DNA of 64,000 nucleotides from an uncultured Candidatus Saccharibacteria bacterium (lineage in GTDB: Bacteria; Patescibacteriota; Minisyncoccia; Phycocordibacterales; UBA9973), in assembly GCA_964500465.1 (NCBI GenBank), contig CAZCNB010000003.1, positions 13,882 to 77,881 on the forward strand, read 5' to 3'. How positions within the stretch are numbered: the stretch's first letter is position 1; every line of letters begins with the position of its first letter. Made by a program: the position numbers and the translations under genes. This document shows positions 18,616-28,190 of the stretch, piece by piece. The notes beneath the pieces are model-generated. The model ran no database searches and was not told the DNA's origin. It saw only the letters and a list, made by a program, of their open reading frames with translations.

Positions 18616-20586
18616 ATGAATCAAACACACTCAAGTGGAAAACCAAGGAATAACCGTTTCCACAACAAACAAAGCACTGTGCGTACAATGCACAAGCCCA
18701 ATACCGTAACACATCATACTTCTTCAAGTAATACTAAAAATCACAGTAATATTAAACCTAGAACTAATTCTACGACAAATAGAGGGAGCAGAGGTAGTTA
18801 TCAATATGGTAGTAATAAAGGTGGTAGGAGGCCAAAACCCCAAGCCCAACCAGAAGGTACATCTCAAATTGTTCAAAAGAGGAAAACTCACTTAATTCCC
18901 CCACCAGCACAAGGTGTGGTTAGAATTATTCCACTTGGAGGAGTAGAAGAAATAGGAAAAAATATGACTGCTATTGAAATTGGTAACGATATAATAGTTA
19001 TCGATGCTGGAATGCAATTTAAAACAGAAGATACTCCTGGCATAGATTATATAATTCCAAATACAACATATTTAGAAGAAAGGAAGGAAAAAATTCGAGC
19101 AATGATTGTAACTCATGGACACTTAGATCACATAGGAGGAATACCACTTGTAATGAGTAGAATTGGTAACCCACCACTATATTCTAGAAATCTATCTATA
19201 TTGTTGATGAAAAAAAGACAAGAGGAATTTCCTCACCTACCACCTTTAAATATACAGGTGGTTGAAAAAGATTCAGTAATATACGCAGGTGAAATGAGAA
19301 TCAGATTCTTTGGAGTAACGCACACAGTCCCTGACTCAATGGGAATAATTGTAGAAACTCCATATGGATCAATAGTAACCCCAGGAGATTACAAACTTGA
19401 TCAAATAGACGGAAAAGTAACAGACGAAGAAGAAAAAGAGTATGCATTTTTTGATAAAGAAAAAGTACTATGTCTTTTAACTGACTCTACAAATGTTGAA
19501 AATGAAGGTTATGCTGTGCCTGAAGTAAGAGTACATGAGGGACTAGATAAACTAATTAAACAGTGCTCTGGACGAATAATCATTGCTGCATTCGCTTCAC
19601 ACATAACAAGATTGGTTAAAATTGTTGAGATAGCAGAAGGACTAGGTAAAAAAGTAGTATTAGACGGTAGATCACTTAAAACAAATATGGAGGTTTGTGA
19701 ACAAGCTGGATTATTTAAACCAAAGAAAGGAACAATAATTCCGGTAGAAGAAGTAGATAACTATCCCCCTAATAAAGTAATAGTATTAATGACAGGTGCA
19801 CAAGGTGAAGAATTTGCATCTCTAAATCGTGCGGCAAACAAAACTCACAAAAAATTTACTATAAGAAAAGGAGATACTATTATTCTTTCCGCATCTATCG
19901 TCCCTGGAAACGAGATATCTGTCCAACATTTAAAAGACAATTTGGCTCGTCACGGAGTACGCATAATAAGTTATCGTACATCTGAAGAAACAATACACGC
20001 TACTGGTCACGGGAACCAAGAAGATATCAAATGGCTACACAAGAAAACTCACCCTAGATTCTTCATACCAATACATGGTTGGCACTCAATGCTGGTCAGA
20101 CATAAGGAACTAGCAATGTCTCTTGGAATGTCAGAAGAAAATATTGTTGTACCAGATAACGGCTCAATAATTGAAATAACTGACAATGGAGAGAAGATTA
20201 CTGTTAGAAAAGAGAAGGCACCTTCAGGACCTATGATGGTTGACGGGTTCTCTGTTGGTGATGAACAAGATGTGGTTATAAGAGATAGGCAAATGCTTGC
20301 TCAAGACGGAATGTTTGTACTTATTGCAACAATAGACTCAACTAACGGCAAACTTAGAAAATCACCGGATATAATATCACGTGGATTCATATATCTAAAA
20401 GAGAATCAAGAATTATTACACCAAGTAAGACTGATCATTAAAAAGACAATAGAAGACGGAACTCGAGGTATGAATCCTATAAACTTTGATGTTATCAAAA
20501 CTAACCTGGGTGATAATATTTCAAAATTCCTATACCAAAAAACAGCTAAGAGACCACTTGTTATACCAGTATTACTAAGTGTATAA
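18616..20586 (+). CDS. rnj: ribonuclease J (metallo-beta-lactamase/beta-CASP) with ~100-aa low-complexity basic N-terminal extension
   Basis: HxHxDH motif VTHGHLDHIGGIP, a beta-CASP region and the RNase J C-terminal domain. The N-terminus is rich in S/T/N/K/R/H. Confidence 0.85.
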   Translation: MNQTHSSGKPRNNRFHNKQSTVRTMHKPNTVTHHTSSSNTKNHSNIKPRTNSTTNRGSRGSYQYGSNKGGRRPKPQAQPEGTSQIVQKRKTHLIPPPAQGVVRIIPLGGVEEIGKNMTAIEIGNDIIVIDAGMQFKTEDTPGIDYIIPNTTYLEERKEKIRAMIVTHGHLDHIGGIPLVMSRIGNPPLYSRNLSILLMKKRQEEFPHLPPLNIQVVEKDSVIYAGEMRIRFFGVTHTVPDSMGIIVETPYGSIVTPGDYKLDQIDGKVTDEEEKEYAFFDKEKVLCLLTDSTNVENEGYAVPEVRVHEGLDKLIKQCSGRIIIAAFASHITRLVKIVEIAEGLGKKVVLDGRSLKTNMEVCEQAGLFKPKKGTIIPVEEVDNYPPNKVIVLMTGAQGEEFASLNRAANKTHKKFTIRKGDTIILSASIVPGNEISVQHLKDNLARHGVRIISYRTSEETIHATGHGNQEDIKWLHKKTHPRFFIPIHGWHSMLVRHKELAMSLGMSEENIVVPDNGSIIEITDNGEKITVRKEKAPSGPMMVDGFSVGDEQDVVIRDRQMLAQDGMFVLIATIDSTNGKLRKSPDIISRGFIYLKENQELLHQVRLIIKKTIEDGTRGMNPINFDVIKTNLGDNISKFLYQKTAKRPLVIPVLLSV

Positions 20587-20589
20587 AGT

Positions 20590-21771
20590 ATGAAATTATC
20601 CAAAATAAACAGAATGTACGTTCTATCATTCCTGTTCACACTACACATATCATTATCTGCATATGTTAATTCTACTTTTCTAATAAATTTCATAAGCGAG
20701 AAATATGTAGGTCTTCTATACACAGCTGGATCTTTAGTAACTTTAATAGTGCTTGCAAAAAGTGCTGGGATTCTGAAAAACTTAGGAAATCGTAAATTGG
20801 TAATATGGCTACTGATAGTAAACATGATCTCTTTAGTTGGTCTTATAACATCTACAAATCCGTATATTATTGGACCTTCTTTTGTAGGATTTATAACAAC
20901 AAATGTATTGGTTTTTTTCTGCATAGATATATTTATAGAACACTTTGGTGACCCAAAAACCATAGGAAAAATAAGGGGTCTTTACTTAACAATAACAAGT
21001 ATTGCTTGGATGATATCCCCTCTTATAACTGGATTTCTAGTTACAAAAGGTGGATACACACTTATATATATGGTTGCACTACTGACAACACTTCTTGCGT
21101 CATTTGTACTTATTTTATCTGTAAAAAAATTTAAGGATAGGACCTATATAAAAACACCTTTTATTCAAGCATATAAATATTTAAAAACAAATCCGCACAT
21201 GCTTGCTGTAACTTTAATAAATTTCATACTTCAGTTTTTCTTTGCATGGATGATAGTTTACACACCAATATACTTAAATAAACATATTGGCTTCGGATGG
21301 GATCAAATAGGGGTTATATTTACTTTTATGTTAGCGCCTTTTGTAATATTGGGACTACCGGTAGGATTACTTATAGATAAATATCATGTAAAAAAAAGAA
21401 ATTTATTATTCATTGGTCTTTTGATAATGTCTTTAGCCACATATTCAATAACTCAAACAACAACCCTAGATCTAAAAGTTTGGGCTTTGATACTTTTTTT
21501 CACAAGAGTAGGAGCGAGTATTGTTGAAACGACCTCTGAAATATACTTCTTCACTCATGTAAAAGAAGAAGAGGCCTATTTACTTGGAATATTTAGAGAT
21601 ATGACTCCACTTGCGTACGTAATTGCACCAATTCTTGGAAGTTTGGTATTTACATTCTTACCATTTAAATCTCTATTTATAATACTTAGTATTCTTGTTT
21701 TGTTAGGAATTTATTATGTAACAAAATTAAAACACTCCCATGGACCAACAATATCCAATGAGAATAAATAA
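20590..21771 (+). CDS. MFS-type transporter (about 12 TM helices)
   Basis: Hydropathy shows ~12 helices in a 6+6 arrangement with a central basic loop (KKFKDRTYIK). Confidence 0.6.
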   Translation: MKLSKINRMYVLSFLFTLHISLSAYVNSTFLINFISEKYVGLLYTAGSLVTLIVLAKSAGILKNLGNRKLVIWLLIVNMISLVGLITSTNPYIIGPSFVGFITTNVLVFFCIDIFIEHFGDPKTIGKIRGLYLTITSIAWMISPLITGFLVTKGGYTLIYMVALLTTLLASFVLILSVKKFKDRTYIKTPFIQAYKYLKTNPHMLAVTLINFILQFFFAWMIVYTPIYLNKHIGFGWDQIGVIFTFMLAPFVILGLPVGLLIDKYHVKKRNLLFIGLLIMSLATYSITQTTTLDLKVWALILFFTRVGASIVETTSEIYFFTHVKEEEAYLLGIFRDMTPLAYVIAPILGSLVFTFLPFKSLFIILSILVLLGIYYVTKLKHSHGPTISNENK

Positions 21772-22444
21772 ATATTTGGCTCTAAAAAATTACGCAACTC
21801 GTACAGGTGCTGATGATTTAGTAAAAAAAGGATTAGTTACAATAAATAATCGTAAGGCAATTCTAGGCGATAAAGTAAATAAAGATGATAAGGTTGTAGT
21901 AAGCACAAGTGCAAAAGAAAATAAATATGTTTACTATGCCTACAATAAAGCTATGGGTATATCTACAAATCCTGACCCGAAGAGTAAAGATATTTTAAAA
22001 GTAACTAAGTTTCCAACAAAAGTGTTCCCTATTGGGAGACTCGACAAAGATTCACATGGACTTATTATCATGACTAATGATGGTCGTGTAACAGATAGAC
22101 TTCTTTCTCCTAAATATGTCCACGAAAAAGAATATGTAGTAAAAGTAGAACCAGCTTTTTCTGATAAATTCATTGAGCTAATGGGAAATGGAGTAAAATT
22201 CGATGGATTTATAAGTAAAAAATGTAAGGTTTGGAGAAAAAATAAAGACACATTTCATATAATTTTAACTGAGGGTAAAAAGCGTCAAATTCGTCGCATG
22301 TGTGAAGCACTTCATCATAAAGTTATCGACTTGCGCAGAATACGTATTATGAATATAGAAATAGGTAAAATACCTTTTGGAGGATACGAAGAAATAAAAG
22401 GAAAAGAATTAGAAACATTATTAAAATCTCTGGGTCTAAGATAA
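21740..22444 (+). CDS. pseudouridine synthase, RsuA/RluB family (S4 domain + catalytic domain)
   Basis: S4 RINKYLALKNYATRTGADDLVKKGLVTING, then the catalytic-Asp motif GRLDKDSHGLIIMTNDG. The likely true start is ATG 21758 (MRINKYL). Confidence 0.85.
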   Translation: MDQQYPMRINKYLALKNYATRTGADDLVKKGLVTINNRKAILGDKVNKDDKVVVSTSAKENKYVYYAYNKAMGISTNPDPKSKDILKVTKFPTKVFPIGRLDKDSHGLIIMTNDGRVTDRLLSPKYVHEKEYVVKVEPAFSDKFIELMGNGVKFDGFISKKCKVWRKNKDTFHIILTEGKKRQIRRMCEALHHKVIDLRRIRIMNIEIGKIPFGGYEEIKGKELETLLKSLGLR

Positions 22445-22472
22445 AACCCCCTTACTTTAAGGGGGTTTTATC
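22443..22472. terminator. bidirectional rho-independent terminator
   Basis: aaaaccccctta-ctt-taagggggtttt between convergent genes. Confidence 0.85.
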
Positions 22473-24431
22473 TTAATTACCTGAATTAATTTTTTCTTGA
22501 CTTGTAGCGCTAAACACTCCATCAGGTGTAATACCTTTTGATTTTTGCCAAGCTTTAACTTTTAAAGCAGTACCTTTACCATAAATACCATCAGCTTTTA
22601 TTCCTAGTTTTTTCTGGAGGGATTTAACATCATCACCTTTGGAGCCTATCTTGAGAGTTCTTTTTGGAGTAAATGGAGTTTCCATTATTTCATCATCTTT
22701 TTGTCCAGCTGTTAGTATTTTGAAATAGGAATCAGACATATCATTTTCTCCAGTTGTAGTATTAGTATTCCACCAATATACAACTACTCTATAGTAGTTA
22801 CTACCTATGGTTTTAGTAAAGTTAGGGAGAGTAAAATCTGCACTTCCTGAACTTGCTAACACACTTCCTCCAACATCATTTACTAAAATAGTAACTGGAC
22901 TACCATTCTCATCAGCAGGTGCCTGTGTTTGTCCATCTTTTTGGAGATGCTCAAGAGTTACCCCTACATGTTGACCCATTGGAGCATTTGGACAACTCCA
23001 TTTAACAGTGATTTTCTGTCCAGCTTTATAAATTTCACCACCATTAGGTGATAGCAGCTTGAATTTAGAACTATTAGGGTTTTTGGTACAAACCGTTGGA
23101 ATTATTCCAGTATCATTTATACTAAAGTTATTATCACTATAATCTTCAACTATTTGCTGAGTAGATGTGCCAGCTTGACCTCCAATTAGTACATTTACAA
23201 GAATTTTATAGTGGTTACCTCCATATATATTTTGATAATGTTTTGGCAATGTACTATTAAATGTAGGTGGTGCAATAAAACTATATTCATAAACATTTTC
23301 ACTTCCGTTTGAAGATATAAGTTTTGCATAATTAAGTGCTGGAGAACTTCCAAAGAGTGATAGTGTCTGCCAATCGGCGATACGGTCATCCATGACTGCT
23401 ACGAGGGTATCCGGATTTTGTTTTATGTTATTAGTTTTCCATTTTATAGTTATTTTATCGCCAGAAGCATAAGACTCTCCCCCATTTGGAGAAATCACAA
23501 CTATTGAAGGAATATTATTATCAATAACTCCTTGTACACACTTTGTTGTCACTACTGCTAGTGTATGTGGTCCACCGGTGTTATATTTTTCACGCCAAGT
23601 GGTAATTGTTTCGTTCTTATAATCTTCTACTGAAGTTGTTTTAGGATAAAACTTCTGGCAGTATTCAAGTTTCCTATCTCCATATCCTTCGCTTCCCCAT
23701 TGTTGATACGTACCTGCACCAGATACTCCATCAGGATCTGTAAGCCACTCACCATTTGATCCAATATGTTGATTTACCTTTCCATACCACATAGCTATGC
23801 GGGGAGTAAAATCGTTAGTAGGAGGGTAAATTATAGTATCAACAACACATTTTATAGTCATTACAGACAGAGGGTAAGGTCCACCAGTATTACCTGCTTC
23901 ACGCCAACCGTTTATCATTTCATTTGTATAATCTGAAACTGATGTAGTATTTGGATACCATTTTTTACAATATGTAAGTTTATCTAGATTAGCTCCTGAA
24001 GTTCCATCGGGGTCAGTTAGCCAATTTCCAGTAGAATCAACATGTTGATTCACCTTACCCCACCAATAAGCAATGCGTGGTGTTTTGTCCAGAGAAATCT
24101 TATCTTGTACACACTTGTCTGAGACAACAGTATTTGTATATCCACTTTGTTCATAGGATATGGCTCTACGCCAAGTATCTATAGTTTCTGACTGATAAGG
24201 AACAACTGAAATAGTATTGGGGTACCATTTTCTACAATATGCTAATTTGTCTAAATTAGCTCCAGATGTTCCATCTGGATCAGATTGCCATGCCCCATAC
24301 GCATCTATATGCTGATTTACCTTTCCATACCAATACATTATGCGAGAAGTAGTATCTGGTATATTAGCTTGCGCATGACCAGCCATTAGAAGAGATCCTA
24401 GAAAAACAAAACCTAAAAGTACTTTTTTCAT
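22473..24431 (-). CDS. secreted cell-wall-binding protein: signal peptide, 3 tandem ~95-aa repeats, two Ig-like SPNGGE domains, C-terminal peptidoglycan-binding domain
   Basis: Signal peptide MKKVLLGFVFLGSLLMAGHAQA. Three repeats follow, each beginning RI(M/A)YW(Y/W)GKVNQH...W(Q/L)(S/T)DPDG(T/V)SGA...(Y/E)YC(R/K/Q)K(W/F)YP(N/K)T(I/T)SV...W(R)(R/E)...KC(V). Two Ig-like modules are present (ISPNGGESYASGDKITIKWKT and LSPNGGEIYKAGQKITVKWSCPN). The C-terminus reads LKIGSKGDDVKSLQKKLGIKADGIYGKGTALKVKAWQKSKGITPDG, as in PG_binding_1. Confidence 0.7.
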   Translation of the reverse strand: MKKVLLGFVFLGSLLMAGHAQANIPDTTSRIMYWYGKVNQHIDAYGAWQSDPDGTSGANLDKLAYCRKWYPNTISVVPYQSETIDTWRRAISYEQSGYTNTVVSDKCVQDKISLDKTPRIAYWWGKVNQHVDSTGNWLTDPDGTSGANLDKLTYCKKWYPNTTSVSDYTNEMINGWREAGNTGGPYPLSVMTIKCVVDTIIYPPTNDFTPRIAMWYGKVNQHIGSNGEWLTDPDGVSGAGTYQQWGSEGYGDRKLEYCQKFYPKTTSVEDYKNETITTWREKYNTGGPHTLAVVTTKCVQGVIDNNIPSIVVISPNGGESYASGDKITIKWKTNNIKQNPDTLVAVMDDRIADWQTLSLFGSSPALNYAKLISSNGSENVYEYSFIAPPTFNSTLPKHYQNIYGGNHYKILVNVLIGGQAGTSTQQIVEDYSDNNFSINDTGIIPTVCTKNPNSSKFKLLSPNGGEIYKAGQKITVKWSCPNAPMGQHVGVTLEHLQKDGQTQAPADENGSPVTILVNDVGGSVLASSGSADFTLPNFTKTIGSNYYRVVVYWWNTNTTTGENDMSDSYFKILTAGQKDDEIMETPFTPKRTLKIGSKGDDVKSLQKKLGIKADGIYGKGTALKVKAWQKSKGITPDGVFSATSQEKINSGN

Positions 24432-24503
24432 AATAAAATGATAGATTTATTCCTTTAAATTGATACATGTTAATGTTAGCATCTACAATGTTTTCGTCAA
24501 TAA

Positions 24504-24531
24504 AAAATGCCCTTTTATAGGGCGTTTTTTA
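24504..24531 (-). terminator. rho-independent terminator downstream of rpsR
   Basis: aaaaaatgccc-ttttata-gggcgtttttt. Confidence 0.75.
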
Positions 24532-24732
24532 TTATTTTGCTATGTAAGGCAGAAGTCCCATAAAGCGGGCACGTTTGATAGCTAGAGATAGCTTTCTTTG
24601 ATTCTTAGCTGTAACGTCAGTACGATTGCGAGACATCATGCGAGCAGATGGTGCAAGGAATTTTCTTAATAGATCAACATCTTTATAATCTATATGTTTT
24701 ATATTGTTTGATGAAAAATAATCTTGTTTCAT
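24532..24732 (-). CDS. rpsR: 30S ribosomal protein S18
   Basis: 66 aa, IDYKDVDLLRKFL...RMMSRNRT...QRKLSLAIKRARFMGLLPY. Last gene of the rpsF-ssb-rpsR operon. Confidence 0.9.
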   Translation of the reverse strand: MKQDYFSSNNIKHIDYKDVDLLRKFLAPSARMMSRNRTDVTAKNQRKLSLAIKRARFMGLLPYIAK

Positions 24733-24764
24733 AATTTATTTTATTCTTTAATTCTTATTAATTT

Positions 24765-25217
24765 CTAAAAAGGGATATCTTCGGCGTTGATTTGCTCTTC
24801 TGGATATTCAATTGTATCTAGTTCATCTTCTTCGGGAGTACCTGCTTGGGATGAATTATCTTTTTTAGGAGATGATGAACTTCCACCATTACCAGATCCA
24901 AATTGTACTCTATCTGCTATGACTTCGGTGCGGTATTTCTTTGTACCAGTAGCAGCATCATCCCAACTTCGAGTCTGCATGCGACCTTCAATCATTACCT
25001 GTGAGCCTTTCTTCATATATTGGGCAACAGTCTCTGCTTGGCGACCAAATACTACTATGTTGTGATAGTCAGCAGCTTCCTGACGAGCACCATTTTTGTC
25101 TTTCCAAACACGGTTTGTTGCTACAGAAAAGCTACAAACTTTAATTCCAGAAGGAATAGCTTTAAGCTCTGGATCGCGGGTTAGATTCCCTATTATTAAT
25201 GCTTTATTTAGATACAT
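24765..25217 (-). CDS. ssb: single-stranded DNA-binding protein
   Basis: OB fold (LNKALIIGNLTRDPEL...), a Gly/Ser-rich linker and an acidic tail ending DIPF. Confidence 0.9.
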   Translation of the reverse strand: MYLNKALIIGNLTRDPELKAIPSGIKVCSFSVATNRVWKDKNGARQEAADYHNIVVFGRQAETVAQYMKKGSQVMIEGRMQTRSWDDAATGTKKYRTEVIADRVQFGSGNGGSSSSPKKDNSSQAGTPEEDELDTIEYPEEQINAEDIPF

Positions 25218-25250
25218 ATGTTTAAAATAGTTAGACTATTAATATACCTA

Positions 25251-25763
25251 TTATACTACAAGAGCATCAATTTCCTGATCAATTGTTTCTTCGTTTATTG
25301 GAGCAACTTCTTCTTTTGGAGTAAACTTTTTCTTTGATCCTTCTGTCTTACTAAATGTACGCTTAGGAGACATAGTATTTTCGCGAACAGTTTTTATCAA
25401 AAGATATCTAACAAGTTTTTCATTCCTATCTAACATGTCTTTTATAACCTTCGCTTCAGTTGGTGTACATTCAAATTTTACCCAACCAAAGTATCCATAA
25501 GAAAACTTCTGTTTCTTATTAGCAATAGATCGAGACATTTCATAAGCAAGCTCAATCATTTTAGGATATTCATCTGAGATAAATGTCACCCCATTTTCAA
25601 GAAGTGTATCTTTAAATGCTGTAACTTCTGCTCCTAATCCTTCCTCTGCTATGGTAGGTACCATTATGTAACCTACCTCGTAAATACCTGTTTTTACTTC
25701 TTCTTTATTTTCGACTTCTGCACTCTTACTTAGTTTTGTTTTTGCCATTGATAAAGTGCGCAA
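25251..25763 (-). CDS. rpsF: 30S ribosomal protein S6 with N- and C-terminal extensions
   Basis: S6 core (IYEVGYIMVP...LAYEM...VRYLL) in the conserved position upstream of ssb and rpsR. Confidence 0.75.
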   Translation of the reverse strand: MRTLSMAKTKLSKSAEVENKEEVKTGIYEVGYIMVPTIAEEGLGAEVTAFKDTLLENGVTFISDEYPKMIELAYEMSRSIANKKQKFSYGYFGWVKFECTPTEAKVIKDMLDRNEKLVRYLLIKTVRENTMSPKRTFSKTEGSKKKFTPKEEVAPINEETIDQEIDALVV

Positions 25764-25901
25764 ATGCGCAATAATTCTAATTTATAATAATGTTCCATTA
25801 TGGACCTATGTGTACCGACTTCAGGGTCGGGACAAATGAAACGTTCAAATATACTAACAAATATAAGGCTTTTTGTCAAAAAATGAAATTTCCAATATAA
25901 G

Positions 25902-26762
25902 TTATATTTTCCAGACTCTTTTTGCATTGGAAATAAGAGTTTCAGAAACTTTCTCTAAGGGCAACTCTTTGATTTCTGAAATACGTTTTACTACTTCTGA
26001 CACGTAAATAGGTTCGTTGCGCTTTCCTCTGTGTGGAGTTGGGGTTACATATGGAGAATCAGTTTCCGACATTATCATTTCAATTGGAGTATTTTTTATT
26101 ATTTCATCATAATTTTTAGTAAACGTTATAACTCCAGTAAAAGATAGAGTAAAACCAAAATCAACAAAGTTTTTGGCATCTTCTACATTTCCTGCAAAAA
26201 AATGTACGTCTCCTTTTACTTTTGAATATTTCTTCAGAATATCTAGTGCATCAGAATATGCATTCAACTCTTTATTCTCTGGATTATTACGAATATGTAG
26301 CATTAAAGGTTTACCTACTTCATTTGCTATCTCAATCTGACCAATAAAAGCTTGTTTTTGTTTCTCTATAGACTCAGTATCACATCTGTAATAATCGAGT
26401 CCGCATTCACCTACTCCAACTACTTTTGGCTCACGGAGAAGCTCTAAATATTTTTCTTTATCGAAAAATTCACCCCGTGATGTGAATTCTGCTCCACCCT
26501 CGCCAAGCTCCTTCTCATCATGGAATGACGCACCTGTATGAATAGGATGTAACCCTATAATTGCATATACCCCTTCTTCATATTGATTAGCAAGTTCAAC
26601 TGCTTTCTTTGATGTATCTATCTGAGTACCTACATTTATAATCCAAGTATTATTTCCCAAAGCACGCTTAATAACACTATCTCGATCTTCATCAAATGCC
26701 TTAAAATTTACATGTGAATGTATATCTATATATTTTGGATTCATGCTAATCTTTTCTTGCAA
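25902..26762 (-). CDS. TatD-family metal-dependent hydrolase/DNase
   Basis: IDIHSHVNF, GLHPIH, GECGLDYY, HIR, and a DxH region. Adjacent to metG as in many bacteria. Confidence 0.8.
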   Translation of the reverse strand: MQEKISMNPKYIDIHSHVNFKAFDEDRDSVIKRALGNNTWIINVGTQIDTSKKAVELANQYEEGVYAIIGLHPIHTGASFHDEKELGEGGAEFTSRGEFFDKEKYLELLREPKVVGVGECGLDYYRCDTESIEKQKQAFIGQIEIANEVGKPLMLHIRNNPENKELNAYSDALDILKKYSKVKGDVHFFAGNVEDAKNFVDFGFTLSFTGVITFTKNYDEIIKNTPIEMIMSETDSPYVTPTPHRGKRNEPIYVSEVVKRISEIKELPLEKVSETLISNAKRVWKI

Positions 26763-28188
26763 ATAAAGGTTGGTCTGGTTTTTTGTTTTCTTTAATTAGG
26801 TTTTTTAATTTTATATTTGTCTCTGGCATTATGGGATTAAGCATTCTAGCAATTGTGTATAATCTGATAACCATTTCTGAAATTAATTCTTTTCCCTTTG
26901 ATTCATTAATTTTTATAACCTTAAACGGTTCTGTTTCTTGAATATACTTATCTAGTTTTTCGATTTCTATCCAAATATAATCGGTAGCTTTTTTAATATC
27001 AAATGTATCTAAAATCTCAAAAAATTCTTTCGGTATGGACATGTCTGGTATTTCTGGACAGTTTTCTAGATATTTTTCCGACAATGTAAGTATCCTACTT
27101 GATAGATTACCAATACCGTTTGCAAGTCCAGAGTTGTATGAATCTTTGAATCTTTCGATTGTAAATGGGCTATCTTCAAAAGAAGATACTTCACGAAGCA
27201 GAAAGTACCGGAGAGCGTCAGTTCCATACTCATTTACAATATCTCTAGGATCAACTACATTGCCAAGTGTTTTTGACATTTTAATACCACCTTCTCCTGT
27301 AATAAAACCATTCACAACTATCTGATTTGAATTAGGCACACCTGCAGCCATGAGCATCGCTTGCCACATTGCAGATTGAAAACGAGTGTTATCTTTACCG
27401 CAGTATTGTGTAGGTGTACCTTCTACCCAATATTTTTTGAAGTCACCATTTTCGTCTGGCCAACCTAGGGTATTTATATAATTCGTAAGTGCATCAAACC
27501 ATACATACATTACATGCATAGGATCGCCTGGTACTTCTATACCCCATGGCATTTTACTTTTTAGACGAGATATAGAGAAATCTTGTAAACCTCTCTCAAC
27601 AAATGCTTTTATTTCATTAAACCTAAATTCAGGTATAACAAAATTCGGATTCTTTTTATAAAAATCTAATAATTTATCTCCAAATTCGCTATACTTGAAA
27701 AAATAATTTTCTTCCTCGATTATCTCAAGTGGTCTTCCTGGATGGTCCGGACACTCACCTTTTTCATTAAGATCAGAATCAGTTTTTTCGCTTTCGCATC
27801 CAACACAATACTTTGCTTGATATATTTTTTTATAAATATAACCATTATTGTAAACTTTCTGCCAAAACTCTTGAGCTCCCTTTACGTGATTCTCATCAGT
27901 TGTACGAATAAAATGGACGTCTTCACTTATACCAAACATTTTTAATTGCTCTTTAAATGTAGTGAATCCTTGGTCTACAAAATCTTGTGGGGCTAAATTG
28001 TTTTCTTTGGCTTTTTCAAAAATCTTTACTCCATGCTCGTCAGTACCCGTATTGAAAAATACATCGTATCCTACAAGTTTTTTATATCTTGCAATCGCGT
28101 CAGCTCGAACGAACTCAAGCGCATGCCCCATATGAAGCGGTGCATTAACATATGGAAGTGTAGTGGTTAAATAGAAATTTTTACTCAT
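26746..28188 (-). CDS. metG: methionyl-tRNA synthetase (short form, no C-terminal tRNA-binding domain)
   Basis: HMGH (PYVNAPLHMGHALE), zinc knuckle CxxC...C in CP, KMSKS (KMSKTLGN). Length 480 aa. Confidence 0.9.
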   Translation of the reverse strand: MSKNFYLTTTLPYVNAPLHMGHALEFVRADAIARYKKLVGYDVFFNTGTDEHGVKIFEKAKENNLAPQDFVDQGFTTFKEQLKMFGISEDVHFIRTTDENHVKGAQEFWQKVYNNGYIYKKIYQAKYCVGCESEKTDSDLNEKGECPDHPGRPLEIIEEENYFFKYSEFGDKLLDFYKKNPNFVIPEFRFNEIKAFVERGLQDFSISRLKSKMPWGIEVPGDPMHVMYVWFDALTNYINTLGWPDENGDFKKYWVEGTPTQYCGKDNTRFQSAMWQAMLMAAGVPNSNQIVVNGFITGEGGIKMSKTLGNVVDPRDIVNEYGTDALRYFLLREVSSFEDSPFTIERFKDSYNSGLANGIGNLSSRILTLSEKYLENCPEIPDMSIPKEFFEILDTFDIKKATDYIWIEIEKLDKYIQETEPFKVIKINESKGKELISEMVIRLYTIARMLNPIMPETNIKLKNLIKENKKPDQPLFARKD

Positions 28189-28190
28189 AG

